DNA of 40,830 bases, from assembly GCF_018977255.1 (NCBI RefSeq), contig NW_024705482.1, positions 1 to 40,830 on the forward strand, written 5' to 3'. This DNA comes from Callorhinchus milii. Lineage: Eukaryota. The translations under genes were made by a program, and so were the position numbers. The notes under the pieces were generated by a model. The model saw only the letters and a list, made by a program, of their open reading frames with translations. It did not search any database and was not told where the DNA came from. Positions 23,018 through 35,427 of this stretch are shown here, one piece after another (the stretch's first letter is position 1; every line of letters begins with the position of its first letter).

Positions 23018-24250
23018 AACAACCCATACCAAATATGGACAAAAAAATAATCAGTGGGGTTTGGGTTAGGAGTGCTATTGGGCTTTCATTGAACATAAAC
23101 TCTAGGGTTTGCACGAATTCCACATGGACAAACACATATCGAGGACATCTGTTGAAATGACAGAAACTTGATGGAAATATACACTATGGCAATATCTAAT
23201 GTCACTTTAAGATATTTATGCCCAAGAAAGGATGTTGCTTGTATACCATCGGGAAATTATTTTAGAGGTTAAAGGCACATTGGAACAATGTCAGAGAATT
23301 CCAGTGGAAAATCTAGCAATATCAGGAAGTGTATCTGTTCATTGGTAAATCAGATAAATACATTTCCCAGTGTTGCCAGGTGTATATACAAACAAACACA
23401 GGAAATGTGTTTTCTTGGGCATGCTGTCAGGAATTCCTTTGGTGGCTCAGAAACATCATCAACATCTTTATCCTTGGTTATTCTGTTGCTGTTAAAGGCC
23501 TCCCCATGCCACCACCACTCTCACGATCCTTTGATGTAACAATACTAATCATAATCCATCTCCTCAATTCACGTCCTCTTGGATGTGCTCTATTCAGTCA
23601 CCATCACAGAAATCCATTGGTTACCATTTTACTACATCAGTCAAACGTAATCAGTAATATTAGGCACCCTGGGATTTTAAAATGTAGTTTATCAGGCTCA
23701 CATTGCGATCCCTAAATTGCTTAACGAATGCACAAATTATTGTAAAATGTCATCGTCATTTTTGCTTTGCTCTGAACTAGACTTTGAACCAATTTGCATG
23801 CGTTTAATATATCCAACTGCAATCTCAGCATCAACCATGAATTCAAATATTATTTTCTACTTTTCAAAACACGAAGATCTAATCCCTGCATTTGGTCTTC
23901 ATCCAGTATCTACGTTATGCAGTCACTAGACTGCTGTCACAATTGTGCAACATATTGCTTTGTGTTTACCCATAAACGATCTCATAATCCACTCACCTTT
24001 GTTACTTACTGCTTGTTTTGCATTCTAGGCCTTTGAGCCTTTTCAGGAACCGTGGGTTTAAAATAGCTTCATTTCGCAATGGCATCATGAATAGATGTAA
24101 ATTAATACTGTATTATTAATTTATAATTACAACCCTCATAGATAATGATTCAACTCATCATACTTCCTGAATTAAGACATATTAGTGAAATTTTGCGATG
24201 AGTCCACAATGGGCATGCTATATTAGACTAGCTCCCTGCAAATAGATGCT

Positions 24251-24600
24251 GCCTTGGTGATATGGTTAGCACGCTGGAATTGCAATCCGGAGGTCACGGT
24301 TTGATTCGATCTCCAAGGCGGCAGCTGAAACAATGGTGTAGGTTTATTCAATCCTCCTGGTTCTGTCCACCCGTCAGTATAAATTGGGTACGATCACAGT
24401 TAATCGATCGACAGGTCGTGTGTGATGAGAAAAAATGTCGCTACTCCCACCTCTTTTGAAATGTCTGGTCCTCATAGAAGAGTGTGTAAAATGTTGTCGA
24501 GAGTGGCTTTATAGACCTCCCTCTATTAGAGACCCTTCCACTGGCAGTGGTGTGTGAAAGAAGTTGGCAGGGCTACACCCTTGCCTCTATACTCAGAATC
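24251..24600 (+). mobile_element. Old tRNA-derived SINE, copy 2 (Deu/Nin-like core suspected)
   Basis: tRNA-like head with degenerate A and B boxes, core CCACCCGTCAGTATAAATTGGGTAC; three related copies in the window. Confidence 0.62.
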
Positions 24601-24933
24601 AGAATGTGAACATTATACCACTTATGTATTGCCACCATTGGAGATGAACACCGCTCCATGCATACTTGAGTAGGGAGACAATCTGACTTGGCACAAATTC
24701 TGCCCCTCAACTATAATCAGTTTAAGTGGTATATTTTCTCGCATTGTCTATTGCCAGATTCTTAAAAAATGAAGTTACATCAAATTGAAAAGTGTACTTA
24801 TTTAATGACAATTGTAAGCTGTTGCTGCAAGATCCATTACAGTCGCTATTTCTGTTCCGTCTCTCAAAGCCAAGAGTAGATTTGCGACTTGTACTGGCGA
24901 AGAGTCCACTGCTGTGCAACGATATCATCCAAC

Positions 24934-25339
24934 TTCTTGGTTCTTTCGGTAAAGTCACGTAGAATGTAAATAATAAAATAATAAAAATAAAATATAATAA
25001 AATAATTCTCACGACGTTTTTAGCATATTTATGGGAAACGCATATCTGCATTTCCCATAAATATGCAAAATTCCTCTTGATATGCAAATGTTTTTGTCAA
25101 GGCGCTCTTCGCCCCTCCATCCCAGCTTAAATAGTTGCTCCAAGCCTGGGGCTTATCATTCAGACTCTGTCTCCTCGACAGACCTGTTCTCCACCTGAGG
25201 ACGGATACTTGCGTTGTGGCCGAAACGTGATAATTATTTTATTATATTTTATTTTATTATTTTATTATTTCTATTCTACGTGACTTTACCGAAAGAACCA
25301 AGAAGACGAATCCCTGCAGTCACGAAAGCTTTAAATCGC
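24934..25339 (+). mobile_element. Penelope-like family A fold-back insertion with damaged hammerhead
   Basis: Perfect 12-bp TSD ATATCATCCAAC (24922-24933, 25340-25351); hammerhead core CTGAGGA at 25195 but the GTC cleavage triplet is deleted (GAAACGTGA). Confidence 0.85.
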
Positions 25340-25708
25340 ATATCATCCAACACTCAGGCGGCATCTACCTACATGAGAAACGGAAAACATGGTCCTTCAT
25401 TTTAAGCACATGGTGATACAAATTTAGAATTAAATAATATTACACTTATTCAGTTAAAGCGTCTTCCCGCTAAGATGAGCATGGTGCTCCCGTTCGCAAG
25501 TGACAGAAAGAAAACGGTAAATATTCCACCACGTGCATATGGCAGTGCCAATTTCTCATGATGGTAAGCCGCTGGTAACGTTTCACAAAGTAGTACTCGT
25601 TTAACTGAGCTGAGCTGATCCTTGGCCACAATCAAAATAAAACTTTCCGAGTGTGAGTTACGAACTGTACTGTTGTACATAGATATTTGGAATCGTTTTA
25701 TCAATATC

Positions 25709-26201
25709 CAGTAGAACCCCTTTAACGACGGTAATTGGTTCCATGAAACCGGCCGGTAAATGATTTGGTTGTTAAGCGAGTATAGGAAATACACGTTAAA
25801 TTCGTTCCGATAGCATCGAAATGTACCCTTTTCCACCAAAAAAGGTGCTTTATCATATTTAAACAATAACTGTGAATACACAAAGAAAACTAACAACAAT
25901 ATAAACGCATAATATACATATAAAAATAAACATGATTCATCAATGCATTCATTCATATTTACTGCAGCCCATCGTTAACAGGGAATGGTGGGTAAGCTCT
26001 TTGGAGGCCCGTTGTAAGCAATTAGTAGTTCACAGGGGTGGTCGTTAAAGAGGGGTTCTACTCTACACTACTATACACTACTATACACCCCTTTACACTA
26101 CATTACTATACACTACTATGCACTATACATTGGGCTCTATGGAGGCCAGTCGTTAAGCGATTAGTCGTTAACCGGGGTGGTCGTTAAGAGGGGTTCGACT
26201 G
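25709..26201. mobile_element. Tc1/mariner-type MITE with duplicated right end
   Basis: CAGTAGAACCCCTTTAACGAC is inverted relative to both GTCGTTAAAGAGGGGTTCTACT (~26041-26062) and GTCGTTAAGAGGGGTTCGACTG (26180-26201, followed by TA); a TACACTAC minisatellite lies between the two right ends. Confidence 0.65.
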
Positions 26202-27415
26202 TAAAATCAAAGCACTGTTATACGATTTTCACAGTAAGACTGCGAGACTACATGGATAAAATATGATTTTTCTTCTCTATCTGGTACAATTTGGTCATCG
26301 CCGTAAAGTTTCCATAATGACTGGAATATATCAGTGTCATCATTCACGCCATCCTCTGTACATTGCGCTATAGTATGGTAAATGCACCTGCATGCTGCGC
26401 CAAAGTTTTGCTTTGTTGTTGTTGCTGCCCACACTGTACTGCAGCGAGGCATCTAGAAACTTCCCACGGATGAGCCGGTCCGAAATGTCAACATTTTTCA
26501 ATGCAAAAACATTGACTATATTTTGACTGGCAAACGTCAATAAAAGAACGTCGCCACTTGGTTGTCTCAACGAAAAGTGATGGGTTGTCTCCCGATTGGT
26601 GATTTCCCCCCAACACTCTCCCCACCTCCACCTACCCCTTTGGATCTGCCTCTGCAATGCTGTAGGTAAAATATGCCTTACAATTTATAAGACGTATTAA
26701 ACACGGATTGTGTGTGTGTTCCTTGAATATAAATAACACTTAGGAAGAACACTTACAAAAACTGCAAATGTGGTCAGTATTGCTCCTTTATTCTATTCTC
26801 CTTGAATGTATGTTGGGACTTCTTTCGCACCGTACCTAAGCAACCATGCTAATTGGAGGAGCGGGGGAAAGCCAACAAACTAAACAAAGTGGTTTGAAAG
26901 AAATGAGTTGTCCATTGGGGTAGTGTCCATCTCTGCCCCTGACCTACCTATTCTCCATCACACTTGCGGTATTGCTCTTATTTAACCGATAATTGCAATA
27001 CACATAACAGCCATCAGAGGACACTACAGTGCAGGGTTGTGTGTCTTTCAGAGCCGCAATTTGGAAAGAATAAACCTTAATGTAGTTGTAAATTATAACC
27101 ATTGAGAATGCTTGTAACGAGTGAGTGAAGTAAATAGTCGGTGTTATAATGTATAAATAGCACTGCAATACGTCCTGGTGTTGGTCTGCTACTTAATGGC
27201 CTGAATTCAATAATCTCCCTTAACAGGAATCTGGGTTGAGCGTTGTTGGCATTCGGGTTATCGTGATATGGTGATACTACAATACAAAGCACGATAGAAC
27301 ATACGATAATTTTCTGTTTTGCAAATATCACTGTATCGTGATTACCGTACCTCCCCAATTGATCTGTTCTTAATAATTAAGGTCCCTCACACAATATTTT
27401 ATGATGTAACAATAA

Positions 27416-27550
27416 CTCTTGACTTAAAGATTTCGTGACTGCAGGAATTCATATTCATTGGGTTATTTTGGTAAAGCCACGTAGAAAAAAAATCAGATTA
27501 TTTTCATTATTTTTTTCTATCTACATGTTTTTACCGTAAGACCCAAAGAA
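27416..27550. mobile_element. Penelope-like family A fold-back insertion (older)
   Basis: 13-bp TSD GATGTAACAATAA (27403-27415, 27551-27563); diverged tail and inverted arms. Confidence 0.75.
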
Positions 27551-27576
27551 GATGTAACAATAATGAAAGTTTACAA

Positions 27577-29966
27577 CAGGGGTCCTCAAACTTTTTAAAC
27601 AGGGGGCCAGTTCACTGTCCCTCAGACCGTTGGAGGGCCGGACTATAGTTAAAAAAAACTATGAACAAATTCCTATGCACACTGCATATATCTTATTTTG
27701 AAGTGAAGAAACAAAACGGGAACAAATACAATATTTAAAATGAAGAACAAGTAAAGTTAAATCAACAAACTTGCCAGTATTTCAATGGGAACTATGGGCC
27801 TGCTTTTGGCTAATGAGATGGTCAATGTCCGGTTCCATATTTGTCACTGCTAGTCGTAACAAGTGATGCAAGTGTGCATCCGTTAGTCTAGATCTGGTTG
27901 GAGATTTCAAATGTTTCATTCTGGAAAAAGTCTGTTCACAGACATAAGTGCTGCCAAAGATGGTTGCCATTTTGAGTGCATGGTTCCTGAGATGAGGATA
28001 TGTCTCAGAGGGGAGAGATGCATAGAAATTATGAAGGCTGCTTGACTTGAATGCGTCTTTCAGAGAGTCACAATTCTGCAGTTCAGCCAGTTCCATTTGG
28101 TAAATTGTATCCACATTTTCAATGTCAATAGAAAATGGGTTACGGAAAAGCTGTATGTCCTGTTCATGGAGATGAAGCTCTTTAAATCTAAATTGGAACT
28201 CCTTTTGCAATTTTTCCAGTGAATCCACACATGTTTTGTTTGGGAATGCAACCAATGGTTTTTCCGCTAACAGATTTTGAGTTGTGGGGAGATGGCAGAA
28301 GTTTTCCTCCTTCACTTGTTTGATGAGGAGGCCTAATTTTACTTCAAATGCTTTGACATGTGATTGCATATCACAGATGAGCTTCCCCTTTCCTTGAAGT
28401 TGCACATTGAAACTGTTGAGTAGCTCTGTTACATCTGTCAGAAAGGCAAGGTGCCATTTCCATTCTGCATCATTGAGCTCTGGTACTTCTTTGTTTTTTG
28501 AAAGCAGAAAAGCTGTAATCTGTGGAAGTAAGTCATAGAAACGTTTCAAAACTCTCCCTCGACTCAGCCAACGGACTTCTGTGTGGTACAGAACATCTTC
28601 ATAGTCAACATTTAGCTCAGACAGAAATTCCTGAAATTGTCTGTGGTTTAGTGCATGAGCTCTAATGAAGTTAACACAAGATACCACAATTTTCATAACA
28701 GAGTCCCACTTCAGTCGGATGAGGCAGTGTATGGCTATTGGATGAGAATGGTTATGTTTGTCCATCTCTTGGTTAATGCGAGCAATTACTCCTTTCTTAG
28801 ACCCCACCATGCTAGGAGCACCATCAGTTGTCACACTGGCTAGTTTAGCCCAGTTCAGCTCCAAACCATTCACAGTTTGGCAAACCTTTTCATAGATATC
28901 CTCTCCTGTAGTTGTTCCTTTGATGCTTTGCAGTGCAGCAAGCTCTTCTGTGACTTCGAAATAGTCATTCGTCCCACGAATAAAAATTAGAAGTTGTGCA
29001 GAATCACGAACATCATTGCTTTCGTCGAGTGCCAAGGAAAAATAGGAAAGTTTTTTTGTGGAGTTTTGCAAATGCTGATGCAAATTGTCTCCCATTTCTT
29101 CAATCCTCCGTGTAATTGTAGGTCCTGAAAGACTCACTGTACTAAATAAATCGGCCTTCTCTGGACACATCTCTTTGGCAACAGAAAGAAGGCATTCTTT
29201 AACAAATTCTCCCTCCACGAATTGTCTGCCAGTGCACGCTATTAGCTTGGCAACTTGAAAACTTGCTCGCAGTGATGAAATATTTAGCTGCTTCTGCTTC
29301 ACAAAAGTATTTTGCTGAGTTTTGTTAATGTATTTTTCAGTTTTAATATTTTATCTTTTCTCACTTCTCCGACCAAACAATCATATTTATCTTTATGTTG
29401 AGTTTCATAGTGTCGACGTAAATTGTATTCTTTGAACACAGACACTATATTCTGGCATATCAGACACACAGCTCTTTCCTTGTACTGCATGAAAAAGTAA
29501 TCATAAGTCCACTGTTCTTTGAATATCCTACACTCCGAGTCAATTTTTCTCTTTCTTGACATCATTGTTTCCTAGGGAGTCAAAATTGCTATTAGTAAAA
29601 TACCAATATATATACAGCGCTACAAAAACAATATACCAGCAATAACTTTGCCCACACAGAGACATACAGACTGCACTGCCCATCAATGCAGTCTGATTGG
29701 GGGAACTCCGCTTTTACCCCAGGCTCACACTGGTGTGGGTGCCATTAAAAAGTTAATTACACCTGCAGTTTTGTTCACAGATCGCAGTGCGATCTGCGAA
29801 CTCGCAATCGGCTGCGGCCGCCCCCTCTCCCTCTTCCACCAATGACCGTCCTTCTCATGTAGAAAAAAAGTAACAGACAGGCAGCGGTGGCAAAAACACC
29901 GGCGGGCCGGATAAATGTCCTCGGCGGGCCGCATGTGGCCCGCGGGCCGTAGTTTGAGGACCCCTG
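27577..29966 (-). mobile_element. Full-length hAT/Charlie (Buster group) DNA transposon, OC1 (OposCharlie1)-like
   Basis: Perfect 16-bp TIRs CAGGGGTCCTCAAACT / AGTTTGAGGACCCCTG; perfect 8-bp TSD GTTTACAA (27569-27576, 29967-29974); single transposase ORF. The OC1 assignment is from recall. Confidence 0.95.
27782..29565 (-). pseudogene. hAT transposase (GTF2IRD2/SPIN-like) with one frameshift and an in-frame deletion in the CxxH motif
   Basis: BED-like CLIC...HYETQH, catalytic LALDES, TTDGAPSM, CEQTFS, plus VRWLS. Frameshift in an A-run near 29320; HCLI is followed directly by RLKWD, lacking the expected His (~28715). Confidence 0.92.
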
Positions 29967-30141
29967 GTTTACAACGATAATTCTAAAATGCAAGCTGAGG
30001 CAACTTCAACCTCTACGCTATTTGACCATGCAACACACTCGCTTCATAAACCACGCTTGGGCATAAATGTTTATTTAACGAGGCATAATTTAAAACGAGA
30101 TAACGATTTTGTGAGCCTTAATTTCGAATATAAAACGGTTC

Positions 30142-30344
30142 AATTTCGATTTAAAGCTTTCGTGACTGCAGGGATTCATCTTCTTGGTTCTATCGGTAAA
30201 GTCACGTAGAAGGGAAGTAATAAAATAATAAAAATAAAACATAAAATTAAAACATAATAAAATTAAAATTATTATTTTATTATGTTTTATTTTTATTATT
30301 TTATTACTTCCTTCTACGTGACTTTACCGAAAAAACCAAGAAGA
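30142..30344. mobile_element. Penelope-like family A fold-back insertion
   Basis: Flanking 12-bp repeat ATAAAACGGTTC (~30130 and ~30345); tail plus ~85-bp inverted arms. Confidence 0.85.
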
Positions 30345-30596
30345 ATAAAACGGTTCTTCAGTGTTTTCGGAAAATTAAAATGAAGCTTCCTCATCAGCGA
30401 TGCTGCGCATCAATTTCCAAGCCAAGCCGCTGCTTGCTGTGTTCCTAAATGATTCGAATTATGTGTCACGTTTTTATATCGCTTTTTCAGAAGTGACCTT
30501 TTTTACCAGGTAAGGCCCACTGAGCGATATTGCTTTTTTTATAAGTGACCTACCCACAAATGATAGCTCAACGAAGTGGCTTATCACGTGGACATT

Positions 30597-31269
30597 TGTA
30601 GTGTGGGTTTTCACGAGGGTGGAGACGAACGGTTGGAGGAAACACGTTTGTTAACAATGGCTACGATACAGTGCGTACCGAACCCTTAACACTTGAAGGG
30701 GTTACGGCCCCTTCACCCACTGCCTAAGGAGGTACCGCCTCCGGACTGACGTGCCCTACTACTAGGGCTACGGTCTCTGGGTCCTCCGGCTAGGGGTGAC
30801 CTAGAGGAGGCTGTTCTGACCTGACCCAGCCAAGGTACACGTCCCGACCACTGGCACGCTCGGTCCCGGCCCTTACAAGGACGTCGGTCCCCGAGGGTTC
30901 TAGGTTGCACCAATGGCCCACTCAGACCCAGCCCTTACAAGGATGGCGGGTCAGGTGAGTTCCAGGATCCTAGCTAGCTGGGCTTCAGTCTTCAACTGGC
31001 TAGCTGGTCTTCAGTCTTCCACTGGCTCCAGAGCCGTCCAGAGGTCCGACTTTAATACAGCTCTGGAGGCGTGCCGCCCCCCGGCCACGCCTTACTTCCA
31101 GAAAGTTCCGAGAGGGGTACCAGAGGATCCCAGCACACCCCGCAGCCCCCCTTTGTCTCGGAGCTGGGGAATCTAGCCGGTCCGAGGTATTGCCCTGTGG
31201 ACCTCGTTCGCAACTGCAGGTAAGTAGCGCGACTCATTAGTACACATCTGGCCCATTTACAGCGCTACA
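30597..31269 (-). mobile_element. Solo LTR related to the Gypsy 2 LTR
   Basis: TGTAGTG...CGCTACA termini, perfect 4-bp TSD CATT (30593-30596, 31270-31273); shares TTGAAGGGGTWACGGCCCCTTCACCC with ~38601-38626. Confidence 0.85.
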
Positions 31270-31946
31270 CATTTATAGCAACCAAATACTCTAAACTGTA
31301 ACTGGAATAAGGATGCAAAGTGTTTCCTTGCCTCGTCTAACAATGCAGCAGCAATACTCACCTACTACACTGGCAGCTCTGAAACAACGGTGGAAATTCC
31401 AGATTCCCATGGCAGAGATCGGACTCTCGATAGGATGGCCACTGTAAACTTTCCACAAAGCCGTACTTATTTTACTGACCCTGGTAGATGACCGACTGAG
31501 TTGATAGGCAACCGAGATCCGAACTTGCAGCCTCAGTTGAATGCTGGAACCATAGGCATTTTTTTCACCAAGTCATTATTGTCAAATAACATTTTAAATA
31601 CCAGATACAACTTCATGCACAGTGATTTCTACTAATACAATGAAGATGAATATTATTGGCTTCCAGGAAATACAAATTTTCCACATTGCATTTCTATGCA
31701 TATAAATTTACAAGAACATTAGATAATGTTCACAACTCTTTTTCAGAAGGATCCCACTTGCAAGGATTGGCGAATTGACATTTGAAATATTTGAAAACGA
31801 TATTCTGTTGTGTGTTTGGGAAGAAATCAGAAAAGCCACAAGAAATTCACACAAATTGGTTCTAATCCTGCCTGGTTTTTCATCCTTAAGGCACCTCACT
31901 AAAATAGCTCCATAATGTTTTCGGTTGTATCACCTGTCCGGCACGA

Positions 31947-31991
31947 ATGTCCAACGTTTCGCTCCAAGTGCTGGGAGCTTCTTCAGAAACG
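31947..31991 (-). ncRNA. Minimal hammerhead ribozyme from a third Penelope-like family
   Basis: Minus strand: CTGAAGA-A-GCTCC-CAGCACTT-GGAGC-GAAA-CGTT; weak stem I. Confidence 0.65.
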
Positions 31992-33534
31992 GAATTCACT
32001 CGCTACTTATTCGCATCCTGATGTAATCCATCAATCTCACATCAAAGTTGTTGTATTATAGGCATTCATCACCAAACGTAGAATAATATCTAGTTTTTTC
32101 CATTATTGCTACTTTGTAATAGAGATATAATTGTAAAAGATTGATTCATTGTAATATCTTTACGATTCAATTCAGCTACAGTATGACCTTAGTGGCAGAG
32201 CATTTTCAAGGAACTCACATACGTAAAATTCAACCTCTAATTTTAAAGATGCATTGCAGTCACTCCTCTTATATTGCATCTGTAGCTGCTGGCTCAGCGT
32301 TTTAAATTGAGGAAATCCAGAATCAATATCAATACCTTCTCAGAAAGAGAAGCAAGGTTTTCGCTGACAGGGCTTCAATGGAATAGATCATGGTTTGTGC
32401 GCCTAAATGTTCGATGATTTTGTTATTATTTTTAAAACATAATATATCGACATGTTTGTTCGGATGCATTTAAATGGTATGCATTTTACACTTATGAATA
32501 ATTAATGTTAGAATTGACCTTAACCCTTAAAACCCTCAAAATGTTTACCTTTTTTTACAGAACATTTCGAGACAGCACACAGGCACTCACAAAGATATCT
32601 CACTTAGCCTATAAACTGCTGAGGCCAGTACTCTTGGCGAACATCTATTAAGACCACCACCGTGTCTACCCACGGCCAACGTATTCCTCTTTAAGGTGTG
32701 AACATCATAGGTGCACTTTGTAAATCACAGCGATAATAGTGCAGAGCGATCCTGCCTTTGTAATTGTAAAATAAATCTAGGTTTCAATAATCTTCTGGCT
32801 TTCATTCACTTCCATATTTACAAATGCCTGGCGATTTAAGTGAAGTTAAACGAACATTGTAAGCTGACCAACATATTTGAACGAAGTATTATGGGTGTAA
32901 CAGGTCATACCAATACTGTAATATTCTATATTTCTCAACTGCTGCGTTTATGTTCGCTCGCAATAAACGATATCGTTTTTTATAACTCTGTATCTCCGTC
33001 TCACATGAGCACTTATGGTACACCGTTGCCAACTTTCAGATGCGCTATTGCGGCCGCCTAGAACGCTCTTTCTTCCGATTTGTTAGGGAGCCACTGTAGC
33101 TATGTACTTTTAAATCTAGATTGCAAACTGTTTTTTTACAACTACCTTTTGAGTTAAGTTTATTATCCTTCCCCGCATATCTGATTAACACGGTTGGCTA
33201 CATACTGTGTAAAAGAGGTTCAACATATATACATACAAGTGATTCATGTTTCCCGCAGTCTTTTGCATTATCGTTTCCCCTGCTTTCTGTTTTCCGTACT
33301 TTCTGTGCTCATTCAAGTGCTCTCTTGGCCTGTTTCTTGTACTAAGTCTTGGCCGCAACCGGAGATGCTGCAGTTTTCAGTACCCTTGTCTACACGTTTC
33401 TGACCAGCGTTTCCACAATTATATATATACCAGGTAACAGCCACTGAGCTATATAGCTCGTTTGCAGAAGTGACTTGGCTACAAAATATGGCGCAATGAA
33501 GTAGCTTACCAAGTGGAAATGTATAGCAGCCACA

Positions 33535-33710
33535 TACTCTAAACGCATGTTTCTAAATGTGGAGGGAAAAACAAGAGGACCTGGAGAAAAATTCACGTGA
33601 CCACGGGGATAACATGCAAACTCCAAATATACAGGTGTCAGGAACGGGATCGAACCCACGACCTCCTGTACACCAGGCGAGGTAGTTAACATCTCGGCAC
33701 CGCGGTGCCC
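33535..33710 (-). mobile_element. V-SINE-like tRNA-derived SINE
   Basis: B box GGTTCGATCCC followed by GGAGTTTGCATGTTATCCCCGTG...TTTTCTCCAGGT...TTTCCCTCCACA, matching the V-domain consensus as recalled. Confidence 0.7.
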
Positions 33711-34340
33711 TTATATAGTCCCTATGCAGCCCCTATATAGTCCCGCCAAAACTCCCTATGTTGTGATTATTTTCATATCCCGTGGGCAGTGCTTCCAATT
33801 CCTATTGCTCACTATTTATTCTGCCATTGGTTCCCTAGGATCCCACTTATCCTGGTTGGACCCCCTGTCATCCGAAGCTTCAAAGTAGATGTTTGCACAT
33901 CTTTGCTCTAGGCGAAAACTTTTAAATCTCGGATCACCGCGAATTTTGCAACGCATGGTAATCTGTAACCTTTGGCAGAGTTAACAGAATCGGATTGGTT
34001 TGAGTTTCGGCACCTGGCACAAGTTAAATTGTGTATGGCCAGGAATCTCACTGTATCTGCAATCCCGCAACCTCCGATTAGCACGCTTGGCTACGTATGG
34101 TGCAACAGAAGTTCAACATACATACATACATAGATCATCAGTTTAACACGTAGGCTTTCGCGACCAATGGTATTCATTAATCAACGATTTTTGGGTTTAG
34201 ATCGCGTTTATTTATAAATGTGTCGTAACCCTCCCACCACCCGACGCGGCAATCAGTAAAAATGTGTCACGTTGACAAAGACAAATAGTTCACTGCTTTA
34301 GCCCACCGGTGTGTTGAAGCCACAACATTTACAATTTGAG

Positions 34341-34381
34341 TACGACGTTTCGCTGGTAATTGCAACCAGCATCATCGGGCA
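34341..34381 (-). ncRNA. Minimal hammerhead ribozyme (CCGAUGA variant), left arm
   Basis: Exact reverse complement of the motif at 35387-35427. Confidence 0.72.
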
Positions 34382-34891
34382 ATTCGCCAGAATGGTGAGG
34401 CTCTGCTGTCTCCCGTTCTTATATAGAGCAGCAGCAGGGTGACGTCATCATTAACTCATCAACTCATCAGGTGCAAAGATTCAAGGGGGGAGTGATTGTA
34501 ATTATATACTAGATTAGTAATCAGGCTATTGTTACGATGCGAGTTGTAGATTAGTAATCATTTGGAATGTTTTTTTGTGATTATGCTACATTAGTAATCA
34601 GTTAGTGGTTGTTTCCCTTATAAGTAATTGTAATGTATCTTATTTAATAATACGCTTCCAGGCCGCACTAAGCCTGTAGCTGTCTGAGCGATTAAAGTTA
34701 TTTCTGTTTCTCTCAATTTCAATCGATTCTCTAATTAGTCTTTGCCAGTAGTAACTATTTACACAACACTTCCACGTTGTCAAAATCAATTGAGTGTCCC
34801 TGTTGGCATGCATGTTCTGCTACTGCGACAGTTGTGTTTGTGATAGTTTAATATTTCTCTGGTGTTCTTTTACACACTAACGTTAGTGTCT

Positions 34892-35151
34892 GTAAAAGAA
34901 CACCAGAGAAATATTAAACTATCACAAACACAACTGTCGCAGTAGCAGAACATGCATGCCAACAGGGACACTCAATTGATTTTGACAACGTGGAAGTGTT
35001 GTGTAAAACTAGTTACTACTGGCAAAGACTAATTAGAGAATCGATTGAAATTGAGAGAAACAGAAATAACTTTAATCGCTCAGACAGCTACAGGCTTAGT
35101 GCGGCCTGGAAGCGTATTATTAAATATAGATACATTACAATTACTTTATAA
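34892..35151 (+). pseudogene. C-terminal fragment of Penelope GIY-YIG endonuclease (mirrored on the minus strand in the left arm)
   Basis: VKEHQRNIKLSQTQLS / AVAEHACQQGHSIDFDNVEVLCKTSYYWQRLIRESIEIERNRNNFNRSDSYRLSAAWKRII; typical EH...SAVAEH...H...E..EI...N pattern; one frameshift present in both arms. Confidence 0.85.
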
Positions 35152-35386
35152 GGGAAACAACCACTAACTGATTACTAATGTAGCATAATCACAAAAAACA
35201 TTCCAAATGATTACTAATCTACAACTCGCATCGTAACAATAGCCTGATTACTAATCTAGTATATAATTACAATCACTCCCCCCTTGAATCTTTGCACCTG
35301 ATGAGTTGATGAGTTAATGATGACGTCACCCTGCTGCTGCTCTATATAAGAACGGGAGACAGCAGAGCCTCACCATTCTGGCGAAT

Positions 35387-35427
35387 TGCCCGATGATGCT
35401 GGTTGCAATTACCAGCGAAACGTCGTA
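35387..35427 (+). ncRNA. Minimal hammerhead ribozyme (CCGAUGA variant), right arm
   Basis: TGC-CCGATGA-T-GCTGGT-TGCAATT-ACCAGC-GAAA-CGTC-GTA; perfect 6-bp stem II; TATATAA about 45 nt upstream. Confidence 0.72.

Noticed and set aside
25450..25956. 168-aa hydrophobic ORF
   Set aside because: Spans a MITE boundary in AT-rich DNA; no recognisable domain.
31465..31560. MetaSINE-like core fragment on the minus strand
   Set aside because: Too short and degenerate to support without a database search.
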